Virus record (IMG/VR): IMGVR_UViG_3300031673_000322
Coordinates: 1-30,984 of that record
Direction: 5' to 3' (one strand)
Length of the DNA: 30,984 nt
From: a virus
Lineage: Duplodnaviria; Caudoviricetes
The notes under the pieces are model-generated. The model was not told where the DNA came from. It saw nothing but the letters and a program-made list of their open reading frames with translations, and did not search any database. The translations under genes and the position numbers were made by a program. Numbering within the stretch: the stretch's first letter is position 1; each line of letters starts with the position of its first letter. This document shows positions 19,001 through 26,601 of the stretch, piece after piece.

Positions 19001-22000
19001 CATACGGACAATCAGAGGAGAGCGTCCCAGAGTAATTTCTGCCCGTTTAGAAATCAAAAAGCCGTTCGTTATGGGGCAGGGACTCGTATCGAACGAAGAT
19101 CTCGCCACGATCAATTCCATTGCTGGCTGGGAACTCGGCCCATTTGACGAATCATATAAACCCACAGCAAATGCCGTCTGGTCGGAACTGGTTATAAACT
19201 CCACGGGAGACAAGGCGACTACAGCAAATCAGATTCTCCAGAAAGCAGGATTTGATGCCATTGTCGCCCCAAAAGAAACCATCGTATTCAAACGAGAGCG
19301 GATATTGGGTCAGCAAAGCGAAGATGTAAAATTCGCTACCCGTGCCGTCACCCCCGCCGAGGATCAGGCGTATATGGATGCGGTCGAGAAGGGTGACACA
19401 GCGACTGCCCAGAGGATGGTGGACGAGGCTGCGAAGAAGGCATGGTATGACTCCGAACCAGTTTATCACGGTAGTCCTCATGCTGGTTTCACTAAATTTG
19501 ATATCCCATCTAAAGGGTACAATAGTAATGTGCTTGGATCTTGGGATGTTGAGCGTAATGTAGCCTTTTTTACTCCAGATAAAAACGCAGCGGCTGGATA
19601 TCAAACCCAAGGAGGAAGAACTTCTGGAGAAACTAGAAAGTTTTATTTGGATGGTGAGTTCGCCGATCTTCGCAAAGGTATTAGCGAAGCAAGGTTGAAC
19701 ACGCTTGTTGATAACGGAGTTAACGAAAGGTTTTTATCTCAAAAAGGAGCAAGCTGGGAACTATTTGATAAAGAACAAGACCCAGATGGAACTATAGTTA
19801 AAGCATTTAAAAAGATGGGGTACGACGGGGTAATTATTCACGATACAGACGGAATAAATGATTTTGATTCTTATGCCGTCTTCTCCCCCTCCCGCATCAA
19901 GTCTGCCGACCCCGTCACCCGTGACGACGCTGGCAATGTAATCCCGCTGTCCAAAAGATTTGATCCGAAGAAAGAGGACATCAGGTACGCCGTTGAGGAC
20001 GATGCCATGGTGGACGAGATGGTTCCGCCTGAGGACATAGAATATACCACGGAAGAAGCCGAAGCTGAAGCCGAAGAGGAAGCCGCCCCCGTTTCCGAGC
20101 AAAAACCATCCCGCACGGCGTTGAACATCTCCCGGGACACGCAGGGGATACGGTCTGAAGATTTGAGGGCTGAATTTGTTGACATCTTCTACGAGGTCAA
20201 GCCTAATGTGGTGCTGATTGACGAGGTTATGTCGATACTTAGCACCGAGGGTATAAACAACGCCCGTGAATTGTACTTTAACAGAGGTTCGAGGATCACC
20301 GCCGACCAGAGGGTTCTCCTCGGCTTTATCCTGATGAAGACTCACGACGACGAGGCACAGGCGGTTAGGTCTACCAATCCAGAACTCTCCGACAAGCACT
20401 ACGACATGGCGGTGGATATAGGGCTGGAATTAGACGAGATTAACCGTGAGTACGGTCGTGCGGTTCAGGCGAATGCAATTATGTGGCGGAGCGTCCTTGC
20501 GACGCCAGCAGGGGCCGAGAGGTTCATGAGGAAGATTGTCAACCGCTACGCCGACTCGGTAATGCAACGGCAAGATGTCAAGGACTTGGTGTTGGGATAC
20601 CGTCGAATTACCGAAGGGGCCGCTGGCGAGGTGGTTAACGAGCCGTATATCCAACAGAGAATTGCCAATGTCCTCGAGATGATCTCCTCGGAGCGTGAAA
20701 AAGAGCTGACAGGATATCTCGCAAACGATGAAAAAATGAAGGTGGCACAGGAGACCCTCTCCTCGGAGGAGACTGAGATCCCTGCTGGAATATCACTTGC
20801 CACAGAGCAGTCAGAGGAGCTTACCCTTGACGAGAAGCTCGGGATGTTTGCCAGATACGGTATGGGCTTGATCATCAAGGGAAGGATCAGGACGCTCAAT
20901 GAGTTCTCAAAGGCAATGACCGAGAATATCCCAGATCCCAATTTGCCACAATATATGGGAAGAATCTACAACGACGCAAAGATCAGGGCGATGGATCGCA
21001 TAGCCCGTGGTGCAAGAAAGGCGACGAAGGCGGAAACTAAGAGAGAGAAAGCGGGCGGAAGGGATGTCGCCAGGCAGGTTAACGCCGTCCTGAGGGAATG
21101 GGCTACTGGCAGCCTGACCGCCGAGCCTCGAACAATCATCGACAGGCTTGCCCAGCTTGGCGTCTCCGAAGCCAGAGCGACAAAGCTAATGGACGCTACC
21201 CGTACACGCTTTGCTGAGAGGACTGTGAAACGCAGGGCGGATTTCCTCAAGAAGTTTACGACAGGCAGGAAGATCGATCCTGAGACACAGAAAGCATACA
21301 AGAATATTACAGAGCTGGCTAGCCGTGATGATCTAACGGACGAAAATGTCCGTGACGCCATCGTCACAGCATTTGATTTGCCCGACCCAAAGAGCGAGAG
21401 GATCAGAACCCGGGTAGCCAAACTAGCAAAGGCCATCAAAGACGCTCCCGAGGGATTTAAAAAAGACGATGAAGTCCGCAAGATGCTTGACTTTATCAGG
21501 ACGGAGATGCCCATAGCAAAAATGGATGTGGTGTGGTCGCTCTGGTATGCCAACATCCTCTCTGGATACCAGACCGCCGAGCGTAATATGGCTGGTAATT
21601 TATTCAACTTAATAAGCACACTCACGGCATCGATAATTGTCGAGCCACGGAACGCCCCTGTCGCCCTCTGGGGGTTCGTGAAGGGTGTAGGCTCCGGGAT
21701 GAGAGCTGCGTACAATGTAATGAAGACAGGGAGCTTCCCTATCCGTGACGAAAAGTACGAGCAGTCGCAGGTTCTTGAGTTCTTTCCGTTCCGTGGGATG
21801 ATGAAGGTGCTATCCAACTGGAAGTATGTGCTTCGCTCCCTGCAAGCAGTCGATATGCTGTTCTACAAGGCTGGGCAGGAAGCTCGTGCAATGATGCTAG
21901 CGGCGGACATCGCCCGAACGGAGAGCGAGACACCAGCGGATAAAGTATGGGAAAGGGCGGCTGAATTAACTGGGCTATCAAAAGATGTTCAGGCAAAGTA

Positions 22001-23303
22001 CAGGGCAATTGCGATAGCAGAAAAGTTTAGAGGCAACGAAATCGAACTGAGGGTTCAGGAACTTGCAGAGAGGAATCGCCCCGAGGAGATTACTACCGAG
22101 GCAACCGACTACGCCAGACGGGTGACATACAACTATCAGCCCGAGGGGCAACTTGGGATCCTCGCCAAAGGGATATCAGAAGTTTCCAAGTCTGTGCCGA
22201 TGCTGAGACTGGCGGTACCTTTCACGAGGATCGTTGCAAATGTCGGCAACACGACGATTGACTATACTCCTTGGGGCTTCGTACGGGCGATCCGTGGGAT
22301 GCGTGATCTAAAAGGCAAGCTGACTCCAATGACAGGTCATCGCCGTGCGACTACGATGGCAAAGGCTATGATGGGAACCATAGGAATGGTGTCCGCTTAT
22401 ATGGCAGACAAGATGCAGGGAGATGATGACGATGAGGACAAAAAGACCTTTGCGATATATGGCTCTGGGCCAAGTGAACTGAACAAGGCGTATCAACTGC
22501 GACAAACTGGATGGCGTCCTTACAGCTTCAAGTTTGGGAAACGGTATTTCGACTACCGCCTGACCCCGCTGGCGATCCCGTTTGCCATCATCGGGTCGAT
22601 CCGTGACGCCGAACGCTGGCACAAGCTGGATGAGAAGAGCAAATGGCAAAGAGCTTCGTATGCCACCCTGAAGTCTGGATCGGTCATATTTGATATGTCC
22701 TTCCTGTCTGGAATCAATCAGGTTATGACTATGTTGCAGTCAGGCACCTCGGAATCGAGCGGAAGGAAGTTGCAGAATTATCTGATCCGCAATGCGAGTT
22801 CGGCGGTACCAGCGTTGTTCAAGCAGATCGACAGGACATTCGATTCCCAGATCCACGACAACGCAACGATACAGGAAGCGTTGCTTCGGGAGTTGCCTGT
22901 TGCGTCCCGCCTTGTCAGACCGAAACTGAACCTGCTCGGCGAACCAGTCCCGCAACTGACTGGGCCACTCTCCATCTTTATCAGCGATAAGCAATCCGAT
23001 CCTGTATGGAGATTCATCGCCAACAAGGAAGTCTTTATCAGCAAGCCTCCGAAATCCACGACGGTCGGCAGGGGCAGAAGGAAGCGTATGATGACCGAAG
23101 AGGAGTACTACACTTACATACAGACATCAGGAAAGATGATCCGTAATATGCTGGAGAGAACCCACACCAAATTAGAGAAGATCAAGGATCGTGACAGGAT
23201 CGAGAAGATCGTGGACAAAGCCGTAATAAAAATACGATCCAAGGTGAAGCGAAAGATCTACATCGACAGCGTAAGAGCGAGGAGGAGATCAAGTGCCATC
23301 TGA
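13062..23303 (+). CDS. Giant polyvalent virion/ejection protein (3413 aa): Gly-rich TM, GNAT, sigma-70 r2+r4, HExxH peptidase, GP88/radical-SAM-like, 3 ADP-ribosyltransferase-like modules, LPD38-like C-terminus
   Basis: Motifs EPGQG..WYGENGF; FTSWMKTVV..IARELG; HELFH..EEDIAAD; CVPTAACPRCYA..IRFNAFGD; WHGSP, YHGT..GFYFT, YHGS..GYDGVI; PFTRIVAN. Confidence 0.85.
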   Translation: MSITFLDEAPSQNKGITFLDESSGVNPNPSVPLTQKTRDAAGGGKPEDGGFLSDLSLAGKVIGTGVYSAFADMFPKILAEAIRAGDIDTDTANTALDRWIQEQKKDLERWDLTEAEKNDKLFGIIKAQDVLSGLQNLGYSAAIGVAGMVGGAAIGSLAGPAGTVAGTIGGIAGGVAGAGAITFPVMYRATKDQFLADMLDKAQREKPDLTDAEWNEMKVALESDAQMYAFWEAAPETVGNMITAGIIKTPIGSILKRIPDIKNIISRTLATAGTKIALDIPEELATETLTQYQQAKIEAKPEVGLRDKAPTIKEAFTEIAPQVLVTTIAGLGMGSVASRASEVRQEINFHQRLSKLGYEPKVIRDLSSKIGFDESALRLAEQNAPVVAEAINNNMLPSTIGEMKGSLLPSLVLTTYNNASDNGANPTAGRAAVEELVRSDNYKRFQKLLRQARVDQSAKKKGGKDAEGTRGQAEERGKETRVREEEGRSVYLRYNAENRLEATEGTTSDLERETREAKEAEELAVSSSIPTTKVKKGQQPITTKGIRAGTLPQVEPAIMQAIQKDEAVNRIGLAKPPPVRPIGEAKFATTAEEATPAVTSFIENIAGQGRTLPVSEKRPDADAVILTGVRVDLAPDGNRVRIIDMKAFEPGQGDLVNLMRMLRETARDTNVDLVVTPAGDSAAQKSAVTTWYGENGFIPEPNGDMIFTPTTTEPQEAQKQAFMARAKKRIRLVAEARPAARSYAFSRFTNSPMSEKEIEDESDKALAKAVATFDIDKPNFTSWMKTVVSQSLQNYIDKVNNAAKREPSTVSFQTPVRVGATAEGEAVEVSKDVSEIVMEKGNPRDIVMSNEFWEDWKRLLGVWGLEGLSETRRKVMVRHLEGMNHATIARELGFDQTKVEREYAGATKQFKEFLDNHGFVEAEAQQVLAEVRTRDVFYGGLKDDTARPTEQPTKQPSKRPSEQPSGRTVPRGGQPVQRVGEPSVAGETEEQRRQNRSDILRTGWNALRRLRRRASAKGNTGWDAPVVDLIRGAEPVFKDLSNRAVEITDIFAQEGYTAVFIHNPLVRISAVTMADEKVVVFNQRTIDSSHELFHVKINKGDAGAMAILKFVRDEWGVSNDMFTKYRLGMAKSLRTDIANISRERVEEDIAADYYQATIDNRLFSRNNVEFFGMVTIDRLAGYPETTLPPYITEGETGEIKSSPPAPNAFQDGKDAQEITRKYGDATGSIEDIKYAVNNKYTMKSFPIPVGQLATLDELGKPLSNVFSAEAQILNQLFPNLFKGDPSKLSIIDSINVIRKAKANGDLADFMTGKRISDNSIISWSGTQASNTIRKVEASSFRRMKPNELTGTGGFWTKNIKTGLSLDFALSSCVPTAACPRCYAASVIQSHTFQQVNYFRNLLWAIHDPNAFADASLKELKGIHSSMTKESLASLGGMHIRFNAFGDIGFKEQVQAMNRIIEGMPQDTIAVIFSRNHTARWKGQGALDQIVVPKGKNVIINASVDRQLVREYGISALKKLPKNWNISYLYVGEEDINVLRKLLNADLFPIIHIDKDDYNNDSIRTSLKKAYVDTGYEANTDTATVCPCSVRFQPQASSCVQCQKGTHGCFRMTRVAVNNKLVRGAALARVMVSLKKTRDELKVDKKGKQKTSPIRLWDGALVKPLSIIERNPKNIGRAEKYIEHLGRTVEQLQTEKPQAVAKATEIVSGKIQPTVKFAVEESQLADGSIIMEQPKFAVTSMPIEEAKNDESVFWHGSPSGDLRGSANGLHIGTYTAAKQALEARIGVPAVGEWDGTREYGKTLIAGNKTLKKIDPRGYNQTGFNIEAPEEDYYPTGKAEYSDRTPVAMTATPSLRAFRITGKMSNTPQNALEDFKANAVMRGQITRGMARRGYFYENVGEDEGSISAVIPASSHIEEISLTEEPKTAVTSTEDQVYYHGTQSEFAEFSDKITNINAYGKGFYFTTDRQSAERYAKAEEGGRIRTIRGERPRVISARLEIKKPFVMGQGLVSNEDLATINSIAGWELGPFDESYKPTANAVWSELVINSTGDKATTANQILQKAGFDAIVAPKETIVFKRERILGQQSEDVKFATRAVTPAEDQAYMDAVEKGDTATAQRMVDEAAKKAWYDSEPVYHGSPHAGFTKFDIPSKGYNSNVLGSWDVERNVAFFTPDKNAAAGYQTQGGRTSGETRKFYLDGEFADLRKGISEARLNTLVDNGVNERFLSQKGASWELFDKEQDPDGTIVKAFKKMGYDGVIIHDTDGINDFDSYAVFSPSRIKSADPVTRDDAGNVIPLSKRFDPKKEDIRYAVEDDAMVDEMVPPEDIEYTTEEAEAEAEEEAAPVSEQKPSRTALNISRDTQGIRSEDLRAEFVDIFYEVKPNVVLIDEVMSILSTEGINNARELYFNRGSRITADQRVLLGFILMKTHDDEAQAVRSTNPELSDKHYDMAVDIGLELDEINREYGRAVQANAIMWRSVLATPAGAERFMRKIVNRYADSVMQRQDVKDLVLGYRRITEGAAGEVVNEPYIQQRIANVLEMISSEREKELTGYLANDEKMKVAQETLSSEETEIPAGISLATEQSEELTLDEKLGMFARYGMGLIIKGRIRTLNEFSKAMTENIPDPNLPQYMGRIYNDAKIRAMDRIARGARKATKAETKREKAGGRDVARQVNAVLREWATGSLTAEPRTIIDRLAQLGVSEARATKLMDATRTRFAERTVKRRADFLKKFTTGRKIDPETQKAYKNITELASRDDLTDENVRDAIVTAFDLPDPKSERIRTRVAKLAKAIKDAPEGFKKDDEVRKMLDFIRTEMPIAKMDVVWSLWYANILSGYQTAERNMAGNLFNLISTLTASIIVEPRNAPVALWGFVKGVGSGMRAAYNVMKTGSFPIRDEKYEQSQVLEFFPFRGMMKVLSNWKYVLRSLQAVDMLFYKAGQEARAMMLAADIARTESETPADKVWERAAELTGLSKDVQAKYRAIAIAEKFRGNEIELRVQELAERNRPEEITTEATDYARRVTYNYQPEGQLGILAKGISEVSKSVPMLRLAVPFTRIVANVGNTTIDYTPWGFVRAIRGMRDLKGKLTPMTGHRRATTMAKAMMGTIGMVSAYMADKMQGDDDDEDKKTFAIYGSGPSELNKAYQLRQTGWRPYSFKFGKRYFDYRLTPLAIPFAIIGSIRDAERWHKLDEKSKWQRASYATLKSGSVIFDMSFLSGINQVMTMLQSGTSESSGRKLQNYLIRNASSAVPALFKQIDRTFDSQIHDNATIQEALLRELPVASRLVRPKLNLLGEPVPQLTGPLSIFISDKQSDPVWRFIANKEVFISKPPKSTTVGRGRRKRMMTEEEYYTYIQTSGKMIRNMLERTHTKLEKIKDRDRIEKIVDKAVIKIRSKVKRKIYIDSVRARRRSSAI
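14455..14631 (+). CDS. Nested +1-frame 58-aa basic protein inside the giant gene
   Basis: AGGAGG RBS 5 nt before ATG; MPKVLEDKLKREAKKRGYGKKKAGAYIYGTMRKTGWKPPKEQHQTWREKHEKRRKRKN. Confidence 0.65.
   Translation: MPKVLEDKLKREAKKRGYGKKKAGAYIYGTMRKTGWKPPKEQHQTWREKHEKRRKRKN
15889..16143 (+). CDS. Nested +1-frame 84-aa acidic protein inside the giant gene
   Basis: GGAGG at 15876-15880, 8 nt before ATG; overlaps a low-complexity linker of the giant protein. Confidence 0.5.
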   Translation: MTQQDQQNNQPSSRVNDLVNNLADEQSPGEDSPSNESESHPSLVKLKSKDGKTVVTFSVRVGTPYEDSDAEQVQKAIQAGMLPL

Positions 23304-23451
23304 TAAGAAAGAGATAAGGCAAGCCCTCGAGCGAGTGGCGAAGGCGAACGGCACCGATGTGTACACGATGGTGCGGAAGATGATGCTCAAGTCGCTGAAG
23401 GATTTGGAGCCGACGGCAACCCCGCCCAAAACGCCCCCGCCAGCTAAATAG
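23293..23451 (+). CDS. 52-aa ribbon-helix-helix-like protein (not in ORF track)
   Basis: GGAGGAG RBS, GTG start; KEIRQALERVAKANGTDVYTMVRKMML resembles the RHH helix pair. Confidence 0.55.
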   Translation: MPSDKKEIRQALERVAKANGTDVYTMVRKMMLKSLKDLEPTATPPKTPPPAK

Positions 23452-23518
23452 ATCTGCTTTCGTATCTAATTCTACCCCAATCCCTAGCGTTTTGTGCGTA
23501 AATAATTGTGTTTTTATA

Positions 23519-23546
23519 TTGACTTCGCATCTTTTTGTGATACATT
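23519..23546 (+). promoter_or_regulatory. Sigma70-type promoter
   Basis: TTGACT-N16-TACATT with extended -10 TG; AT-rich upstream; lies in the intergenic gap before the operon. Confidence 0.6.
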
Positions 23547-23567
23547 TTGCAACAAAGGAGAAAACCT

Positions 23568-23726
23568 ATGGTAAAAAAAGTAACCAACAGGACGGAGAGA
23601 ATAGTAAGGGATAAACTTATTTACGCAAGCAATCTGACGGGGCTATCAACAAGAGCGTTGCGTCGCCTGCTCGTGTTACGGTTTCTTACCCAGCTCGTCG
23701 GCGAATTAAACGGGAGGGCGAGGTGA
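23568..23726 (+). CDS. 52-aa basic, possibly DNA-binding protein (not in ORF track)
   Basis: AAGGAG RBS; MVKKVTNRTERIVRDKLIYASNLTGLSTRALRRLLVLRF...; GTGA overlap with the next gene. Confidence 0.65.
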   Translation: MVKKVTNRTERIVRDKLIYASNLTGLSTRALRRLLVLRFLTQLVGELNGRAR

Positions 23727-24133
23727 TTACAGATGTTCTAGCCGTGGCGTTGACGATCATGGCGGAGGCAGGCGGAGAGCCGTATGCAGGAAAGGTCATG
23801 GTCGGGGAGACGATTGCCTACAATCACATCATCAGCGGGAAGTCACTCGCAGAGGTCTGCCTCGCTAAGAAAAAATTCTCCTGCTGGAACTGGGGCTACA
23901 AAATCCTGCTTAAAAAACTTCATAAACAAAAAGCCTTTGATCAACCAGAGTGGAAGGACTGCATGAAGGTCGCCCGGGCAATACACGCACCTGCCTACAA
24001 GCCCATTAGCTCCGTCACTCACTTCTTGAACCCAAAGCTTGCACCTGATACCTTCAAACGATGGAAAAAGAAGATGCAGTTAGTTGCCGTGGTCGGTAAT
24101 CATGTCTTCTTTCGGGAGAAAGTTAATGAGTAA
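23723..24133 (+). CDS. Cell wall hydrolase, SleB/Hydrolase_2 family
   Basis: ALTIMAEAGGE, VCLAKKKFSCWN, THFLNP, VGNHVFF. Confidence 0.85.
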   Translation: MITDVLAVALTIMAEAGGEPYAGKVMVGETIAYNHIISGKSLAEVCLAKKKFSCWNWGYKILLKKLHKQKAFDQPEWKDCMKVARAIHAPAYKPISSVTHFLNPKLAPDTFKRWKKKMQLVAVVGNHVFFREKVNE

Positions 24134-24299
24134 AAAGGTTGTAGACCTAGAATTGCCAGAGCTATTTAAAAGAAATTATAATAGCAGAGTCGGCGGGCTG
24201 ATGCACGAGAAGTGTCCAGAAAATATTGACGAATGCAGCTCCGCCTTCGACGACGAACTTGACGAGATAACACAAAACATTTTCGAGCATCAGCCATGA
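24126..24299 (+). CDS. Small acidic hypothetical protein
   Basis: GGAG RBS before ATG 24126; ATGA overlap downstream. Confidence 0.5.
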   Translation: MSKKVVDLELPELFKRNYNSRVGGLMHEKCPENIDECSSAFDDELDEITQNIFEHQP

Positions 24300-24487
24300 A
24301 ATGGAAAAACAAAACAACCAAGGTCGCATTGTGTACGCAATGTGGGAAGGAGGTAGACGGGTCAGAACTGAAGAAAGGTAAGTGCGAGGTATGTACGAGA
24401 GAATCAATCAACGAAAGGAAAATTAATTATGACGCAAGAAATGCAAAAAAAGGGGACGGAATCCCTGACGATCAGGCAACTTATTGA
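24296..24487 (+). CDS. Small zinc-finger protein
   Basis: CTQC...CEVC. Confidence 0.5.
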   Translation: MKWKNKTTKVALCTQCGKEVDGSELKKGKCEVCTRESINERKINYDARNAKKGDGIPDDQATY

Positions 24488-25499
24488 GGGCGACGCCTTC
24501 AAGAACCAGATCATCAAGGCACTCCCCAGACACCTGTCGCCCGACAGGTTCATCCGTATCGCCCTTACGGCGATGACCAAGACGCCGAAGCTGGCGGACT
24601 GCACGAAGGCAAGCCTGTTCAACAGCCTGCTTAACCTGTCTCAGCTCGGGCTTGAACCCGACGGACGGAGATGTCACCTGATACCGTTTAATAACCAGAG
24701 ACAAGGTTGCATGGAATGCCAGCTCATCATCGACTACAAGGGTCTGGTGGAATTGGCGATGCGGACGGGCAAGGTATCCTTCATTCACGCCGATATCGTC
24801 TGTCAGGAGGATGAGTTTGCCTACGACAAGGGCGAGATCAAGACGCACAAAATCAACTTCCAGAAGCCCCGTGGCGAAATGTATGCGGTGTACGCAATCT
24901 GCCGCTTCAAAGATGGCACGGAGAAGGCGGAGGTGATGAGCAGGGAAGAGGTCGAGAAGATCCGCAAGCGGAGCAAGGCTGGCAATTCAGGGCCGTGGGT
25001 TACGGACTGGAACGAGATGGCGAAGAAGACTGCCTTTCGTCGCCTGTCCAAGTGGCTCGAGTTGTCGCCCGAGCAGAGGGATATTGTCGAAGTCGATGAT
25101 GACCGCCTTCCAGACGGGCAATGGGTTCCGCCGACAGCCAAGCAGCCGATCTTCAGGAAAGAGGTCGTAGTTGATCCGCCACCTGCCCCTGCCGAGGAGG
25201 AGGATAACCTTCCTATGGATGACAAGAAGGCACCTGTCAAGACACCCGCCAAGAAGAAGCCGCTCGAGGCCGATACCAATGGAGGCGATCCGTCCGACGA
25301 AACGCCTCAGGACACCTTGCTTCGGATGTTCATTCAGGACTTCGGTGGAACAGAGGGTCAGTTGTTGAGCGTCCTTCGTGCTGACAACATCCTGAAGTCA
25401 CACGAGACTCTGGAGCATCTCAGCAACGCCAAGGCATCAGCATTGATCAAGAATGTTAGTGCGATTCACGATAGAGCGGAGGAGATGGGTAGCAAATGA
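24429..25499 (+). CDS. recT: RecT-family single-strand annealing protein
   Basis: ALPRHLSPDRFIRIAL, LGLEPD, QLIIDYKGLVELA, PWVTDWNEMAKKT. Confidence 0.93.
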   Translation: MTQEMQKKGTESLTIRQLIEGDAFKNQIIKALPRHLSPDRFIRIALTAMTKTPKLADCTKASLFNSLLNLSQLGLEPDGRRCHLIPFNNQRQGCMECQLIIDYKGLVELAMRTGKVSFIHADIVCQEDEFAYDKGEIKTHKINFQKPRGEMYAVYAICRFKDGTEKAEVMSREEVEKIRKRSKAGNSGPWVTDWNEMAKKTAFRRLSKWLELSPEQRDIVEVDDDRLPDGQWVPPTAKQPIFRKEVVVDPPPAPAEEEDNLPMDDKKAPVKTPAKKKPLEADTNGGDPSDETPQDTLLRMFIQDFGGTEGQLLSVLRADNILKSHETLEHLSNAKASALIKNVSAIHDRAEEMGSK

Positions 25500-26599
25500 A
25501 GCCAGTCACGCTCCGAGCATCAACATTTGAAAGACGGTTATGTCCCGGCTCCGTGCAAGCGGAGTCGGGACTTCCCGACCTGCCCGACGAGGGTGGTGTC
25601 GCAGAAAGCGGGAAGAAAATCCACAACGCCCTGCGTATGTACTTCTCAAGAACAGTTGAGGATGTCAACGATATTGCAGTTGTTTGCGAACTGAACGAAC
25701 GGGAAACCATCGTGACCAAGTGGTTTGTAAGCAGGGCGGAGGTAATCCTAATTAAACACGGCGGTATGCTGAAATATTACCCAGAGCTTAAGTTGGATGA
25801 AACTGACGACGGAATATCAGGCACGGCAGACTTTGTCGCCCTGTGCAACGACGGTACATGGCAACTCTTTGACTGGAAGTCAGGCTGGGGACGACAGATC
25901 ACGGCGGAGCTAAACCTGCAACTGAGGGTGTACGCCTTAAAGGTAGCGGAGAAGTTTGGGTGCCTTGAGATCGACGCCCATCTATTTGCTGCTGGAAATG
26001 ATCCTGCGGATTCAGCTTTTTCGTCGTGCCACTACGGCCCAGACGAGATAACTGAGTCACGGAAGGAGATCTACGCAATCCGTGATGCGTGTTTCATGCC
26101 GAAGGCACCACGGTTGCCACTCCCTGATCGTTGTAAATACTGCAAGGCGAACGGAAACCCTGAGCGATGCAAGGAATCGTTTAAGACCCCGAAGGCATTT
26201 ACGGCTATCCAAAAGCGTATCACGCCTGCTATGTCGTTGAGGCTGAAAAAAATGTATGTTGCCTTCAAGCTGGCGGAGAAGGCACAGCAGGGATTCAAGC
26301 AATGGCTGAAAGAAGCGATGCGTAACCAGCCAGAGGCAATCCCGTGGGCTACATTCAGCAAGCCGAAGGAGCGGAGGGTAATCACCGACGCCGACAGGGC
26401 GTTCTCCATAGGTATCGCTGAGCAATGGTTTACTCAGGAGGAGTTTGTCAGGGAGTGCGTTAACATTAAGATTCCTTCAATCGAGAAGCTGGCGAAGCGT
26501 ATTAAAAAGCAGGACGAGGTAGAGGAGAAGCTGACAGAGGCTGGCGTACTGAAGTCCGAAGCAATGCAACCATCAATCGAACTCGTGAAAGAGGATTAA
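25496..26599 (+). CDS. PD-(D/E)XK exonuclease (Cas4/RecB-like), RecT partner
   Basis: CPGS, GTADF, DWKSG, QLRVYAL, CKYC..C cysteine staple. Confidence 0.85.
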   Translation: MKPVTLRASTFERRLCPGSVQAESGLPDLPDEGGVAESGKKIHNALRMYFSRTVEDVNDIAVVCELNERETIVTKWFVSRAEVILIKHGGMLKYYPELKLDETDDGISGTADFVALCNDGTWQLFDWKSGWGRQITAELNLQLRVYALKVAEKFGCLEIDAHLFAAGNDPADSAFSSCHYGPDEITESRKEIYAIRDACFMPKAPRLPLPDRCKYCKANGNPERCKESFKTPKAFTAIQKRITPAMSLRLKKMYVAFKLAEKAQQGFKQWLKEAMRNQPEAIPWATFSKPKERRVITDADRAFSIGIAEQWFTQEEFVRECVNIKIPSIEKLAKRIKKQDEVEEKLTEAGVLKSEAMQPSIELVKED

Positions 26600-26601
26600 A
26601 T

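Noticed and set aside
19342-19563. Other alternative-frame ORFs in the giant gene (13270, 13388, 18286, 19342)
   Set aside because: No convincing RBS, and they overlap structured domains rather than linkers
20966-21817. 283-aa minus-strand ORF and many other antisense ORFs across the giant gene
   Set aside because: Antisense shadows of a strongly coding plus frame; no RBS or recognisable motifs
23298-23310. +1 frameshift from the giant gene into the RHH-like ORF
   Set aside because: ATC-TGA is not a known shifty site, and the downstream ORF has its own RBS and GTG
25496-26599. Cas4 as part of a CRISPR system
   Set aside because: No other cas genes or array; adjacency to recT indicates a recombination exonuclease
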